A DNA stretch of 47,787 nt from an uncultured Silicimonas sp. (GCA_964601395.1 CAZRNL010000001.1:1-47787); one strand, 5' to 3'. Positions 17,146 through 27,042 are shown, counted from the stretch's first letter. Numbers and translations are program-made. Notes: a model not told the origin generated them from the letters alone.

Positions 17146-18335
17146 TCCACCGGAACCCACGACACCTGCGGCTTTTCCTGGCCGTCATCGAAACCGGGTC
17201 GTTGACTGAAGCCGCGCGACGCGGACGTGTCACGCAACCGGCTGTGACGCAGGCCATTGCCAAGATCGAGAAGGCCGCAGGCGGTCCGCTGTTCGACCGG
17301 ACCGGGCGTGGCCTGTTCCCGACCGTGCGCGGCAACATTCTTGCCCGTCGTGTGCGGAGGGCGTTCCAGATGCTGGACCCGGCTCTTGCGGCTGTGTCCC
17401 TGCGTCTTCTGCTGACAGCGACCGGGGCGCAGCTGACCGCGCTGACCGCCCTTTGCGTGACGGAGAATTATACACTTGCAGCGCGTCGACTTGGGCTGGC
17501 GCAGCCGACCGTTCACCGCGCCGTAACGCAGCTTGAACGCGAGGCAGGCCGCGCGCTTTTCGAAAAGACCTCGTTCGGATTCGTCGCATCACGTCCGGCC
17601 TTGGCGCTGGCTCAGGCGTTTCGCCTGATGATGCGGGAGTTGGAGCAGGCCGAGGAAGATCTTGCGGACTTCGACGGAAACGACGCCGGCCGAATGGTGA
17701 TCGGCGCCTTGCCCATGTCGCGTTCGGTCCTGCTGCCGCGAGCCTTGAACGAGTTTCGCGCCATCCGGGCGAAACACCGGATCCTGATTCACGACGGGCC
17801 GTATGACGAGCTTCTCCGGGGTCTGAGACGCGGCGAGATCGACGTCATGGTCGGAGCGCTGCGCGACCCCGCGCCGATTGGCGACGTTGTTCAGGAACGG
17901 CTGTTCGCGGACGGCTTGTCGATCCTTGCGGGTCCGCATCATCCGCTTGTCGGCCAAGGCATTCTCACGCGGGATGCACTTGCGGACTACGCGTGGGTCG
18001 TGCCGCGTGCAGGAAGCCCGTCACGGGAGCAGTTCGACACGTTCTTCGCCGGCTCGGGCGAACCCGAGCGGGTGATCGAGACGGGCTCGATCCTCTTGAT
18101 GCGCGAAATCCTGATATCGAGCGACCATCTTGGCTGCATTTCGCGAGCGCAGGCGCGGGCCGAGCTCGACAAGGGACTTCTGGCGGAAGTGCCCGTCGAC
18201 GCGGGATGGCTTCCACGTCCTATCGGCCTGACGCAGCGCACGAACTGGGAGCCGACGAAAGCTCAGACACTGATGCTCGACCTGCTAAGGGCTGCCGCCT
18301 CGAAGCTTGCCGGTCCGGGCGGTCAGACAGTATAG
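17142..18335 (+). CDS. galR: LysR regulator with two tandem HTH domains (GalR type)
   Basis: Two HTH signatures (TQPAVTQAIAKIE...LFDR and AQPTVHRAVTQLE...LFEK) and a LysR substrate domain. About 400 aa, next to gal genes. Confidence 0.8.
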   Translation: MIHRNPRHLRLFLAVIETGSLTEAARRGRVTQPAVTQAIAKIEKAAGGPLFDRTGRGLFPTVRGNILARRVRRAFQMLDPALAAVSLRLLLTATGAQLTALTALCVTENYTLAARRLGLAQPTVHRAVTQLEREAGRALFEKTSFGFVASRPALALAQAFRLMMRELEQAEEDLADFDGNDAGRMVIGALPMSRSVLLPRALNEFRAIRAKHRILIHDGPYDELLRGLRRGEIDVMVGALRDPAPIGDVVQERLFADGLSILAGPHHPLVGQGILTRDALADYAWVVPRAGSPSREQFDTFFAGSGEPERVIETGSILLMREILISSDHLGCISRAQARAELDKGLLAEVPVDAGWLPRPIGLTQRTNWEPTKAQTLMLDLLRAAASKLAGPGGQTV

Positions 18336-19063
18336 TTCAGACCCAGACGCCCACCGTCGACATAGATCGTTTCTCCGGTGATATAACTGGCCTTCTGGCT
18401 TGCAAGAAACGCAACGACTTCGCCGATTTCACGCGCCGTGCCGACGCGGCCGATCGGAGTCCTCGACAGGACGCGCGCCATTGCGCTCGGGTTCGAATTC
18501 ACGCCAGCCATCATCTCGGTGTCGATCGAGCCGGGACCAACCGCGTTCACGCGGATTCCGTGGGGCGCAAGCGCAAGCGCGGACGCCTTGGTCAGTTGCA
18601 TGACGCCGCCCTTTGAGGCGCAATAGGCCGGAATCGCCGGAATCGCGACCTGCGCGTTGATCGAAGACATGTTGACGATGGCGCCCTTCAGCCCCTTGTC
18701 GATCATAGTTTTCGCGGCGCGTTGCGTCGCTTGAAAGACGCCGATCAAGTTGACCGACAGGACCTTCTGGAAATCGTCGAGCGAGTAGGACATGAAGTCA
18801 CCTGGAAGGGCGATACCCGCGTTATTGACCAGAACCGATACCGGGCCCACTTCGACTTCGATACGGTCGAATAGGGCTGCAACCTGATCCGGCTGGCTCA
18901 TGTCGCAGACATAACCGGTTCCGCCGAAACGTGACGCGGCTTGGGTCACACTGTCCCGCACGTCGGCGAGGACGATCCTGCACCCGTCTTCGGCCAGAGC
19001 TTCGGCTGAGGCGTATCCGATGCCCTGAGCACCTCCGGTTACAAGCGCTATTCTGTCGGTCAT
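18323..19063 (-). CDS. Short-chain dehydrogenase/reductase
   Basis: Motifs TGGAQGIG, NNAG, YCASK and VNAVGPG. Confidence 0.9.
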   Translation of the reverse strand: MTDRIALVTGGAQGIGYASAEALAEDGCRIVLADVRDSVTQAASRFGGTGYVCDMSQPDQVAALFDRIEVEVGPVSVLVNNAGIALPGDFMSYSLDDFQKVLSVNLIGVFQATQRAAKTMIDKGLKGAIVNMSSINAQVAIPAIPAYCASKGGVMQLTKASALALAPHGIRVNAVGPGSIDTEMMAGVNSNPSAMARVLSRTPIGRVGTAREIGEVVAFLASQKASYITGETIYVDGGRLGLNYTV

Positions 19064-20715
19064 TCATCTTCTCCCTTGTATCCGTATTCCCTGGCTGCCT
19101 GCTCGGCAGATATGAACCCGGCCTCTATGTCGGCCTTGACCGTCGCAGGGTCCCGCGCCATCGGGTCACCGTATCCGCCGCCGCCGGGAAGGCTGAGCCG
19201 TATCCTCTGCCCGGCGGGCAGGCGCTGGCGACCCTTCGATTTCATCTTCGTTCCGTCGGCCAGTTCGACCCGTCCCGCCGCCCCCTGTCCGCCGCCTTCA
19301 CGGCCACGGGCAGGATGGTCGACACGGTCGAACATGGCGTTGAACCACACATCATAGCCTTCGCGAGCTTCGATCTCGATGATCTGACCCAGACCGCCGC
19401 GACGTTCGCCAGCGCCGCCCGACCCCTCACGAAGATCCTTGCGCCAGACGGTGACGGGGCCGACGTGCTCGGTCGCCTCGACGCTCATGGTCGAGACGCC
19501 GGACGGAAATGCGGTGGCGGACAGCCCATCGAGCGTGGGGCGTGCTCCGGTGCCGCCCGAGTTGAACATAAGGATTTCGGCAGGTGGCAGGCCGCTCGCC
19601 GGGTCCGTGGGACGGGCAGAGATCTGCACGTTCCAGAGGGCGGAAGCCCCTTCGGCGGGGACAACGCCGGGCATGGCCTGATGCAGCGCGCCCAGAACCA
19701 CGTCGGGGACGAGATGACCGAGGACATGGCGGACCGAGACCGGCGCGGGGCGCTTCGCGGCGAGGATGCATCCTTCGGGCGCGGTGATCCGGAACGGATC
19801 GAGCGAACCGGTATTGTTCGGTACATGGGGAGCGATGGCGCACTTGAGTCCATAACAGGCATAGGCGCGGGTATAGACCTCGGGGACGTTCACGCCGAAA
19901 GCGCTCATGCCGCTGGTGCCTTCGAAATCAGCGGTTATCCGGTCGCCCTCGACGGTCAGGGTAATGACCATTTCCACAGGCGCGTCGTAGCCATCGACGG
20001 TCATGGTGTTGCGGTAGGTACCATCCCGGACTTTCGCGATAGCCTCACGCGTAGCCCTGTGGCTGGCCTCCATGATGTAATCCGAAAGTCCGTCGAGATC
20101 GTCGATCCGGAATTCTTCCATCATCGCCTGAAGGCGCCGGTTGCCCGCTTCGTTGCAGGCGGCAAGCGAATACATGTCGCCTACGGTCTGGTCTGGCGTG
20201 CGGACGTTGGCGCGGACCAACTGGACAAGAAGCGGACTGACGGTGCCGCGCTCGGCGAACTTGCAGATCGGGATCAGCAGGCCTTCCTCGTAGACCTCGC
20301 CGGCGTCGGGCCCGAACCCTCGCCCGCCGACGTCGACGACATGGGCAGTGCAGGCGAAGTAGCCGATGTGAACACCCTTGCGGAAGACGGGCGTGACCAT
20401 GGTGATGTCGTGAAGGTGGCCGGTGCCCTTCCACGGGTCGTTCGTGATGAAGACGTCGCCTTCATACATGTTCTGCAACCCGATCTCGCGCGCGAAGTGG
20501 CCGACGCTTTCGGCCATTGCATTGACGTGGCCGGGCGTTCCGGTGACGGCCTGCGCCATCATCCGCGCCTGGCGGTCGAAGAGGCCCGCCGAGAGATCGC
20601 CCGCCTCGCGAACGGAGGTCGAGAAAGCGGTGCGGATCAGGGTCATCGCCTGTTCTTCAACGACTGCGATCAGGCGGTTCCACATGATCTGGAAGTCGAT
20701 CGAGCCGGGGGTCAT
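19060..20715 (-). CDS. Hydantoinase B/oxoprolinase family subunit
   Basis: Motifs RTAFSTSVREAGDLS, TNDPW..GHLHD, HVVDVGG, EEGL and PGGGGYGDP. ATG overlaps the stop of the A subunit. Confidence 0.88.
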   Translation of the reverse strand: MTPGSIDFQIMWNRLIAVVEEQAMTLIRTAFSTSVREAGDLSAGLFDRQARMMAQAVTGTPGHVNAMAESVGHFAREIGLQNMYEGDVFITNDPWKGTGHLHDITMVTPVFRKGVHIGYFACTAHVVDVGGRGFGPDAGEVYEEGLLIPICKFAERGTVSPLLVQLVRANVRTPDQTVGDMYSLAACNEAGNRRLQAMMEEFRIDDLDGLSDYIMEASHRATREAIAKVRDGTYRNTMTVDGYDAPVEMVITLTVEGDRITADFEGTSGMSAFGVNVPEVYTRAYACYGLKCAIAPHVPNNTGSLDPFRITAPEGCILAAKRPAPVSVRHVLGHLVPDVVLGALHQAMPGVVPAEGASALWNVQISARPTDPASGLPPAEILMFNSGGTGARPTLDGLSATAFPSGVSTMSVEATEHVGPVTVWRKDLREGSGGAGERRGGLGQIIEIEAREGYDVWFNAMFDRVDHPARGREGGGQGAAGRVELADGTKMKSKGRQRLPAGQRIRLSLPGGGGYGDPMARDPATVKADIEAGFISAEQAAREYGYKGEDE

Positions 20716-22799
20716 GCCGCATCTCCCTTGCGGATCAGGAGCAGGCAACCGTCGGATTGCCCGATGGCGCGGAAGGCCGATGTAACGATGGTCGAGGTTT
20801 CGCTCTCGACGATGACCGCAGGACCCTCGACCACCCGGCCGGCGGTCATGGCAGTGCGCTCGATCTCGCGCGCTTCGACGCTTGCGCGGAGCGCGGCGTC
20901 GAAAAAACCGCGTTTGCGCCTTTGGTCGGCGGGGGTACTGCCGGTCATGCGGTCGACGTGCGACGGCTCTGGCAGGACAGACGCGACGACAAGGGACCAG
21001 TTTGTAATCTCGGGCTCGAGACCGTCGATAATCCGTCCGAAGAGTGTCCGGTAGGCGGTCTCGAACGCTTCGAGGATTGCAGGCACGTCTTGCGGTGAAA
21101 ACGTCTTGTGCGGCAGCGGCACGGGAATTTCCCATCCCTGCCCCTTGTAGCGCATGAAGGCGGTCAGTTTCGTGACCGTTTCAATATTGGAGGCACCTGC
21201 CGCGACAAAGGCACGGGCTTCGGCCTCCATCGCCGCGAGTGTCGTGTTGACTGCGTCCGGCTCGAAACCGGCAAGCGACTGGAACAAACCGCGCGTCGCC
21301 TCGTAGCTGAAGGGTGCCTTGAGGAAACCGATCGCAGAACCGACACCCGCTCCGGGCGGGATCAGGGCCGTGTCGATACCGAGTTTCTCGCACTGGCGGC
21401 AGGCGTGAAGAGGTGCGCCGCCTCCAAACGCGATCATGGTGAAATGCTCGATATCGCGCCCGTTCTCGACCGTGTGAACCCGCGCGGCATTTGCCATGTT
21501 CTCGTCCACCATTTCGGTTACGCCGAACGCGGCCTTGGACAGGGTTATACCTTGGGTCTCGGCAAGATGGGCGGTCAGTGCGGCCGTCGCAAGCTCCGTA
21601 GAAAGTGGAATGGCGCCGCCTGCGAAATTGTCGGGATCGAGCCGGCCGAGGGCAAGGTTGGCATCCGTGACCGTGGGTTCGGTGCCACCTCGCTGATAAC
21701 AGGCTGGTCCGGGTTCCGATCCGGCAGAGCGGGGGCCGACCTGGATGCGGCCCATCGCGTCGACCGAGGCGATGGAACCGCCCCCTGCCCCGATTTCGAC
21801 CATCTCGACCACAGGAGTCGAGACTGTCATGCCGGAGCCCTTCTTGAAGCGCCATGTGCGGGCGATCTCGAAGCTGTTCGCGGTCTTGGGCGTGCCGCCC
21901 TCGATCAGGCAGATCTTGGCCGTGGTTCCGCCCATGTCGAAGGACAGAACCTTTTCCAGTCCGTGGGCGCGCGCGTACTCGGCCGCGAAGATCGCGCCAC
22001 CGGCGGGACCGGATTCGAGAAGGCGGACGGGTTGTTCGGCAGCGGTTTCGACCGAGATCAGGCCGCCGCCCGAGTGGATCAGGAAGACAGGCGCAGACAT
22101 GCCTGCGTCCTGCAACCGGGCGACAAGACGCGTGAGATAGGCCGCGACCTGCGGTTGGACATAGGCGTTGGCTATCACGGTATTGAAGCGAGGCAGCTCG
22201 CGCATCTGCGGTGAGATCACCGAGGAAAGCGACACTGACACGTCGGGGGCGGCGCGGCGCAGCGCATCGCCAACCATCTGTTCATGGCTGTCGTTGGCGT
22301 AGGCGTGCATGAACCCGACGGCGACGGACTGGTAGCCGCCCTCGGCGATCTTGCGCGCCGTGGCCTCGACATCAGCCGGGTCGAGAGGCAAGAGGACTTC
22401 GCCGCCCGGTCCGACCCTCTCGGCCAGCGTGAACCGGTCCTTGCGAGGCACGAGCGGTTTCGGAAGTTCCAGGTTCAGGTCGTATTGCTCGAACCGGTTC
22501 TCGGATCGCATCTCGATGACATCGCGGAAGCCTTCGGTAGTGATGAAGGCGGTGCGCGCGCCCCGGCGCTGGATCAGCGCGTTGGTGACAAGCGTGGTGC
22601 CATGGATAACCTGTCCGATATCGGCGAGCGCGACCCCGGCGTCTCGCGCGGCCATTTCGATGCCCTGAAGGATCGCAGCTTCAGGTGCGGTGTAATCAGT
22701 CAGCAGCTTGGCTGTCGTCAGACGTCCCGACACGGTCATGGCCACGTCCGTGAACGTGCCGCCGATGTCGACGCCGACGCGAATGTCAGGGTTGGACAT
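20712..22799 (-). CDS. Hydantoinase A/oxoprolinase family ATP-binding subunit
   Basis: Motifs GVDIGGTFTD, HGTTLVTNA, ESGPAGG, DMGGTT, IGAGGGS, PGPACY and AFGGGAPLHA. Confidence 0.9.
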   Translation of the reverse strand: MSNPDIRVGVDIGGTFTDVAMTVSGRLTTAKLLTDYTAPEAAILQGIEMAARDAGVALADIGQVIHGTTLVTNALIQRRGARTAFITTEGFRDVIEMRSENRFEQYDLNLELPKPLVPRKDRFTLAERVGPGGEVLLPLDPADVEATARKIAEGGYQSVAVGFMHAYANDSHEQMVGDALRRAAPDVSVSLSSVISPQMRELPRFNTVIANAYVQPQVAAYLTRLVARLQDAGMSAPVFLIHSGGGLISVETAAEQPVRLLESGPAGGAIFAAEYARAHGLEKVLSFDMGGTTAKICLIEGGTPKTANSFEIARTWRFKKGSGMTVSTPVVEMVEIGAGGGSIASVDAMGRIQVGPRSAGSEPGPACYQRGGTEPTVTDANLALGRLDPDNFAGGAIPLSTELATAALTAHLAETQGITLSKAAFGVTEMVDENMANAARVHTVENGRDIEHFTMIAFGGGAPLHACRQCEKLGIDTALIPPGAGVGSAIGFLKAPFSYEATRGLFQSLAGFEPDAVNTTLAAMEAEARAFVAAGASNIETVTKLTAFMRYKGQGWEIPVPLPHKTFSPQDVPAILEAFETAYRTLFGRIIDGLEPEITNWSLVVASVLPEPSHVDRMTGSTPADQRRKRGFFDAALRASVEAREIERTAMTAGRVVEGPAVIVESETSTIVTSAFRAIGQSDGCLLLIRKGDAA

Positions 22800-22918
22800 A
22801 GAAGGCCTTTCCTGCGACCTGCCCGAGCTGGGCCGAACGCGCCGACCCTTGTTGCCGGTCATCGCGGGGTGCGTCAATATCGGACGCGCGACAAACCGCA
22901 TCAACCAGAGGGAAAGTC

Positions 22919-23323
22919 ATGACACCGCTCAAGACAAGTGCCGCAAAGCTTGTGGCCGAGGCCCGCGCCCGCATCGACGAGGTCGAGACACCTGAACTTA
23001 TTGCGCTGATGGACGATCCTGACGTGGTGATCGTGGATATCCGGGACGTGCGGGAGAGGCAGCGTTCCGGGTTCATACCGGGCAGTTTTCATGCACCGCG
23101 CGGGATGGTGGAGTTCTGGGTCGATCCCGAGAGTCCCTACTTCAAGGAGGTCTTCGGGCAGGCGGGCAAAAGGTACATCTTTCACTGCGCCTCGGGCTGG
23201 CGGTCCGCGCTGACAGTGGCGACGCTGAAGGACATGGGGTTCGAAGCGGCGCATCTGCGCGAGGGTTTCTCGACATGGGAGAAGCATGGAGGTCCGGTCG
23301 CGTTTCCCGAGACGCGGGACTGA
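22919..23323 (+). CDS. Single-domain rhodanese-like protein
   Basis: VDIRD.RE, GFIPGSFHAPRG and the active-loop-like HCASGWRSA. Confidence 0.85.
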   Translation: MTPLKTSAAKLVAEARARIDEVETPELIALMDDPDVVIVDIRDVRERQRSGFIPGSFHAPRGMVEFWVDPESPYFKEVFGQAGKRYIFHCASGWRSALTVATLKDMGFEAAHLREGFSTWEKHGGPVAFPETRD

Positions 23324-23330
23324 TTGCGAC

Positions 23331-24053
23331 TCAGGTCTTGGCGGCGGCTCTGGCCATGGATTCGACCGCCGTGCCCGCCTCGGATTGTGCCACATCCGTC
23401 AGAGCGCGCCGAAGGTCGACGGCCGTGGTGATCTTGTAGTTCTGCTCCGAACCCTGCACGAGACGAACTTCGAGCCCTGCTTCTCGTGCGACTGCGACAT
23501 CGTCGGCGCCGGTGCCATCGTGGTCGAGATGCGCTTGCAGTATCCGGGCGAACCGAAAGCCCTGCGGTGTCTGTGCCCGCCAGATGCCTTCGCGCGGAAC
23601 GGATGCTGCGGCGTTGCCTTCACTGGCTTGCCAGAGGGCATCGACGAGGGGGAGAGCGGCCGTGGCGCCGTCGCTATCTAGGAGGGCCTCGATCACGCCG
23701 ATGATGACCTCGCCCGGAATGAAGGGACGCGCGGCGTCGTGGATCAGTACGCACTCCGGGTTCGTCTCGCGCAGCGATTGCAGCCCGAGACTGACCGATT
23801 GCGCGCGGTTGTCGCCGCCATGCGCCGGATCCAGAACGCGTGTATCCTCCAGTCCGGCTAAAGCTTCGTCGTACAGTTCCCGGTCGTCGGGATGGATCAC
23901 CACGCGGATACAGGTAATGGCGTCGATTGCGAGAAACGCTTCTATCGAACGGCGCAGCGCGCAGGGACCGGCGAGGGGAATGTACTGCTTGGGCGTCTCG
24001 CCCCCAAGCCGCCTTCCGCGACCCGCCGCAACGATGATCACCGAGACCGTCAT
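23331..24053 (-). CDS. ispD: 2-C-methyl-D-erythritol 4-phosphate cytidylyltransferase (stand-alone)
   Basis: Motifs AAGRGRRLG...PKQY, LIHDAARPF, AQTPQGF and NYKITT. Confidence 0.85.
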   Translation of the reverse strand: MTVSVIIVAAGRGRRLGGETPKQYIPLAGPCALRRSIEAFLAIDAITCIRVVIHPDDRELYDEALAGLEDTRVLDPAHGGDNRAQSVSLGLQSLRETNPECVLIHDAARPFIPGEVIIGVIEALLDSDGATAALPLVDALWQASEGNAAASVPREGIWRAQTPQGFRFARILQAHLDHDGTGADDVAVAREAGLEVRLVQGSEQNYKITTAVDLRRALTDVAQSEAGTAVESMARAAAKT

Positions 24054-24296
24054 TCTGCAAACCGCGAGCCGTTGGACCTGGCACGAGCAGAAGAGTTTCG
24101 CCAAAGCCGGTTGTGGGGATCCGTTTCAGGAGCGGACGCAAGCAGAAGCGTTATCGTTGGCGGCTGGCGCATCAGTGGGTTCCAAAAGTCGTCACTCGAC
24201 AAATCTTATCACCGCGCGGGGGTATTCTCCATGACCTGAGAGCCCAGCACGATTCCATTCTACGCAACCGACGAAGCGCCCGCTGTCGACCGCATC

Positions 24297-25142
24297 CTAG
24301 GCCGATTCGTCGATCACGCCGTTGACCAGTTTGCCGACCCCCGTGATCTCGACTTCGACGCTCATTCCCGGTTCAAGAAACAGTTGCGGCTTGCGATAGC
24401 GACCAACTCCGCCCGGCGTTCCGGTTGCGATGATATCGCCCGGCTTCAGGGTCAGGACGGTGGAGGCGTAGGCGATGATCTCGGGAATGGTGATGGCCAG
24501 GTCGCTGATCGGCGTATGCTGTTCGCGGTTGCCGTTTACCACGGTGGTCAGGGTCTGGGCCATGATGTCGCCTACCTCGTCCGACGTCACGATCCACGGA
24601 CCCATGGAGCCTGATCGCTCAAAGCTCTTGCCGGGCCAGAATTGTGTAGTGTGGTTCTGGTAGTCACGAACCGAACCTTCGTTGAAGCACGAGTATCCGA
24701 GGATGTGATCCCAGGCGTCCGCTTCGGGGATATGGCGACCGGCTTTGCCGATGACGACGGCGAGTTCACCTTCGTAGTCGAATTCGCGGCTTGCTCTCGG
24801 TCGTTCGATCGGTGCTCCATGCCCGACCAGGGAAGACGGATAGCGGGTGAAGATCGAAGGATACTCGGGCTTCGCACGACCCGACTCAAGGATATGCGGC
24901 AGGTAGTTGAGACCGATGCACAGGATCTTGTCGGGGTTCGGGACCGGTGGGAGCAGTCTGACTTCCTCCATCGGAACGGGGTCGCCGGTGCCCTTGAGTT
25001 CGTCCAGCGCATCAGCTTCCAGAACACTTCTCAGATCGGGATGGCGGTGGGTCAGAATTTTTCCTGCGTCGAGGATCGTTCCACCTTCCTCGGTCCCGAA
25101 GGATCGGGTGCCGTCCTTGCGCATGAAGGATACAAGGCGCAT
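24297..25142 (-). CDS. Fumarylacetoacetate hydrolase family protein
   Basis: Motifs KILCIGLNY..H, DYEGELAVVIG, NEGSVRDYQ, GKSF and GDIIATGTPGGVG. Confidence 0.9.
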   Translation of the reverse strand: MRLVSFMRKDGTRSFGTEEGGTILDAGKILTHRHPDLRSVLEADALDELKGTGDPVPMEEVRLLPPVPNPDKILCIGLNYLPHILESGRAKPEYPSIFTRYPSSLVGHGAPIERPRASREFDYEGELAVVIGKAGRHIPEADAWDHILGYSCFNEGSVRDYQNHTTQFWPGKSFERSGSMGPWIVTSDEVGDIMAQTLTTVVNGNREQHTPISDLAITIPEIIAYASTVLTLKPGDIIATGTPGGVGRYRKPQLFLEPGMSVEVEITGVGKLVNGVIDESA

Positions 25143-25192
25143 GTCTCAAACTCCGTATTGGGGTGTCCGCGCGAGGCGGCGATTGGCTGCAG

Positions 25193-25753
25193 TCAGTTGA
25201 GCGATTTCAGGAAACCTGTCAGGCATTCATCGGCGAACGCAAGCACGGTTTCATCGTCGAGAATCCCGTCCTTGACCTTGGTATTGGCCATGGTGACGAC
25301 GATTTCCTTGCAGGAGTAAACTTCGGCGAGCGATCCGTTCAGGATATACTTCAGATGTGCCTGCGCGCGCACTCCCCCCAGAGCACCGCCCGACACCGAC
25401 ATCAGGAAGCACGGCTTTCCAAGGAAAACCGAGGCATAGGCCGGTCGGGAGGCCCAGTCGATGGCGTTCTTCAAGACGCCAGGAACACTGTAGTTGTACT
25501 CCGGAGCCACGAAGACAACGCCGTCCGACATCCTGACCTGCTCGATGAACGCCAGGACCTCCGGGTTGTCGGTGATGTCGGCGTTGTAGAGTGGCAGCTT
25601 GCCTGTATCGGCGAAGACCATCTCGGCACGTCCTTCGAGTCGGCGCACAAGAGCGCGAACGGTGGCGCGAGAGGCGGAGGCGGTCCGCAGGCTTCCGGGA
25701 ACAAAGAGCAATCGATTTACGGTAATTCCTTCAGGCCGGGGAAAGACGATCAT
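25193..25753 (-). CDS. NAD(P)H-dependent FMN reductase (ChrR/SsuE-like flavoprotein)
   Basis: GSLR..S, LPLYNAD, PEYNYSVPGVLKNAIDWASR and GALGG. Start codon is uncertain (see findings). Confidence 0.85.
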   Translation of the reverse strand: MIVFPRPEGITVNRLLFVPGSLRTASASRATVRALVRRLEGRAEMVFADTGKLPLYNADITDNPEVLAFIEQVRMSDGVVFVAPEYNYSVPGVLKNAIDWASRPAYASVFLGKPCFLMSVSGGALGGVRAQAHLKYILNGSLAEVYSCKEIVVTMANTKVKDGILDDETVLAFADECLTGFLKSLN

Positions 25754-25961
25754 ACTTGGCTTCCTGAAACTGGTGGATCTGACAGTTGAAACGCCCGAGA
25801 TCATTGCGCATCGAATTCGGCGCGCGTTGCCCTATGTGGATGCCGACAAGGTAGTGGTCGCACTTGACTGCGGGTTGAAGCACCTGCCGCGCGACGTGGC
25901 CTTCGGGAGGATGAAAGCGATGGCGGACGGTGCCGCCATCGTTCGGGCCGAACTGGGATAG
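25737..25961 (+). pseudogene. 3' remnant of a cobalamin-independent methionine synthase II (MetE C-terminal family) gene
   Basis: GKTIILG...VETPEIIAHRIRRAL...LDCGLKHLPRDVAFGRMKAMADGAAIVRAELG matches the family C-terminus with its (P)DCG Zn-ligand motif. No N-terminal part or start is present. Confidence 0.8.
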
Positions 25962-25968
25962 GTCGGGT

Positions 25969-26943
25969 TCAAAGCGTCAGGATCGTCGAGCCAGTCGTCT
26001 TCCGGCCCTCAAGATCCCGTTGCGCCTGGGCGACGTCTTCCAGCGGATAGGTCTGACCGATCCGCACCTTGACGTCGCCGGAGACGACCTTCGCGAACAG
26101 ATGCCGCGCCATTTCCTGGCAGCGTTGGTGATCCGCGAGGAACGTGAACAGGGTCGTTCGAGTCAGTTTGAGCGAACCCTTGGCCGCAAGGGTCAGCAAG
26201 TTCACAGGAGGAACCGGACCGGAAGCATTCCCGAAGGATATCATGAAGCCGAGCGGCTTCAGACAGTCGAGAGAGCCCTCGAAGGTATCCTTGCCGACGC
26301 CGTCCATTACGACATCGACGCCCTTTCCGTCGGTCAGCTTCTTGACCTCCGGCACGAAGTCGGAATCGCGATAGTTGATGCAATGCGCGGCACCGTATTC
26401 AAGCGCCAGCTTGCACTTCTCTGCCGATCCGGCCGTGCCGATCAGCTCGATACCCTCCGACTTTGCCCATTGGCAGGCGAACAGGCCGACGCCGCCAGCC
26501 GCGGCATGAAACAGAACCCGATCTCCGGACGTCAGCCGTGTCACCCTGTGAAACAGGTACTCGACCGTCATGCCCTGCAACATGATGGCGGCACCTTCCT
26601 CGAAAGAGACCTCGTCCGGCAGCGGACAGACCTGGGCCGCCGGCATGACGCGCATATCAGAGTAGGCCCCCGGAGGCATCGAGGCATAGGCAGCGCGGTC
26701 GCCTTCCTTAAGGTGCGTCACGCCCTCGCCCACCGCCTCGACGATACCCGAGGCTTCCATCCCCATCGCGTGCGGCATCTGCATCGGGTAGAGGCCGCTG
26801 CGTTGGTAGACGTCGATGAAATTCAGGCCACACGCCTTGTGACGAATTCGGATCTGACCGGGGCCGGGATCACCGACCGGCCAGTCGGCCAGTTTCAGTT
26901 TTTCGGGGCCGCCGGCCTCTTCGATGATGATCGTGCGTGCCAT
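25969..26943 (-). CDS. qor: NADPH:quinone oxidoreductase (zeta-crystallin family)
   Basis: Motifs GLNFIDVYQRSGLY, GMEASG, HAAAGGVG, SFGNASG and RKTTGS. Confidence 0.88.
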   Translation of the reverse strand: MARTIIIEEAGGPEKLKLADWPVGDPGPGQIRIRHKACGLNFIDVYQRSGLYPMQMPHAMGMEASGIVEAVGEGVTHLKEGDRAAYASMPPGAYSDMRVMPAAQVCPLPDEVSFEEGAAIMLQGMTVEYLFHRVTRLTSGDRVLFHAAAGGVGLFACQWAKSEGIELIGTAGSAEKCKLALEYGAAHCINYRDSDFVPEVKKLTDGKGVDVVMDGVGKDTFEGSLDCLKPLGFMISFGNASGPVPPVNLLTLAAKGSLKLTRTTLFTFLADHQRCQEMARHLFAKVVSGDVKVRIGQTYPLEDVAQAQRDLEGRKTTGSTILTL

Positions 26944-27042
26944 GGGGCCTCCGCTGGTTGGGTTCGGGTGTCGGGTTCGGTGCCGTGTTACGGCATCTCT
27001 TTCGGTTCCGCCAATCGACAATCCCTATCTGGCAGGCAACCA

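Noticed and set aside
18931-21054. 707-aa plus-strand ORF
   Set aside because: Antisense shadow of hydantoinase B/A with no recognisable motifs. Such ORFs are common in GC-rich DNA.
24054-24296. About 240-bp intergenic region upstream of ispD as a riboswitch or sRNA
   Set aside because: No recognisable consensus or convincing structure. An Rfam/Infernal scan would be needed.
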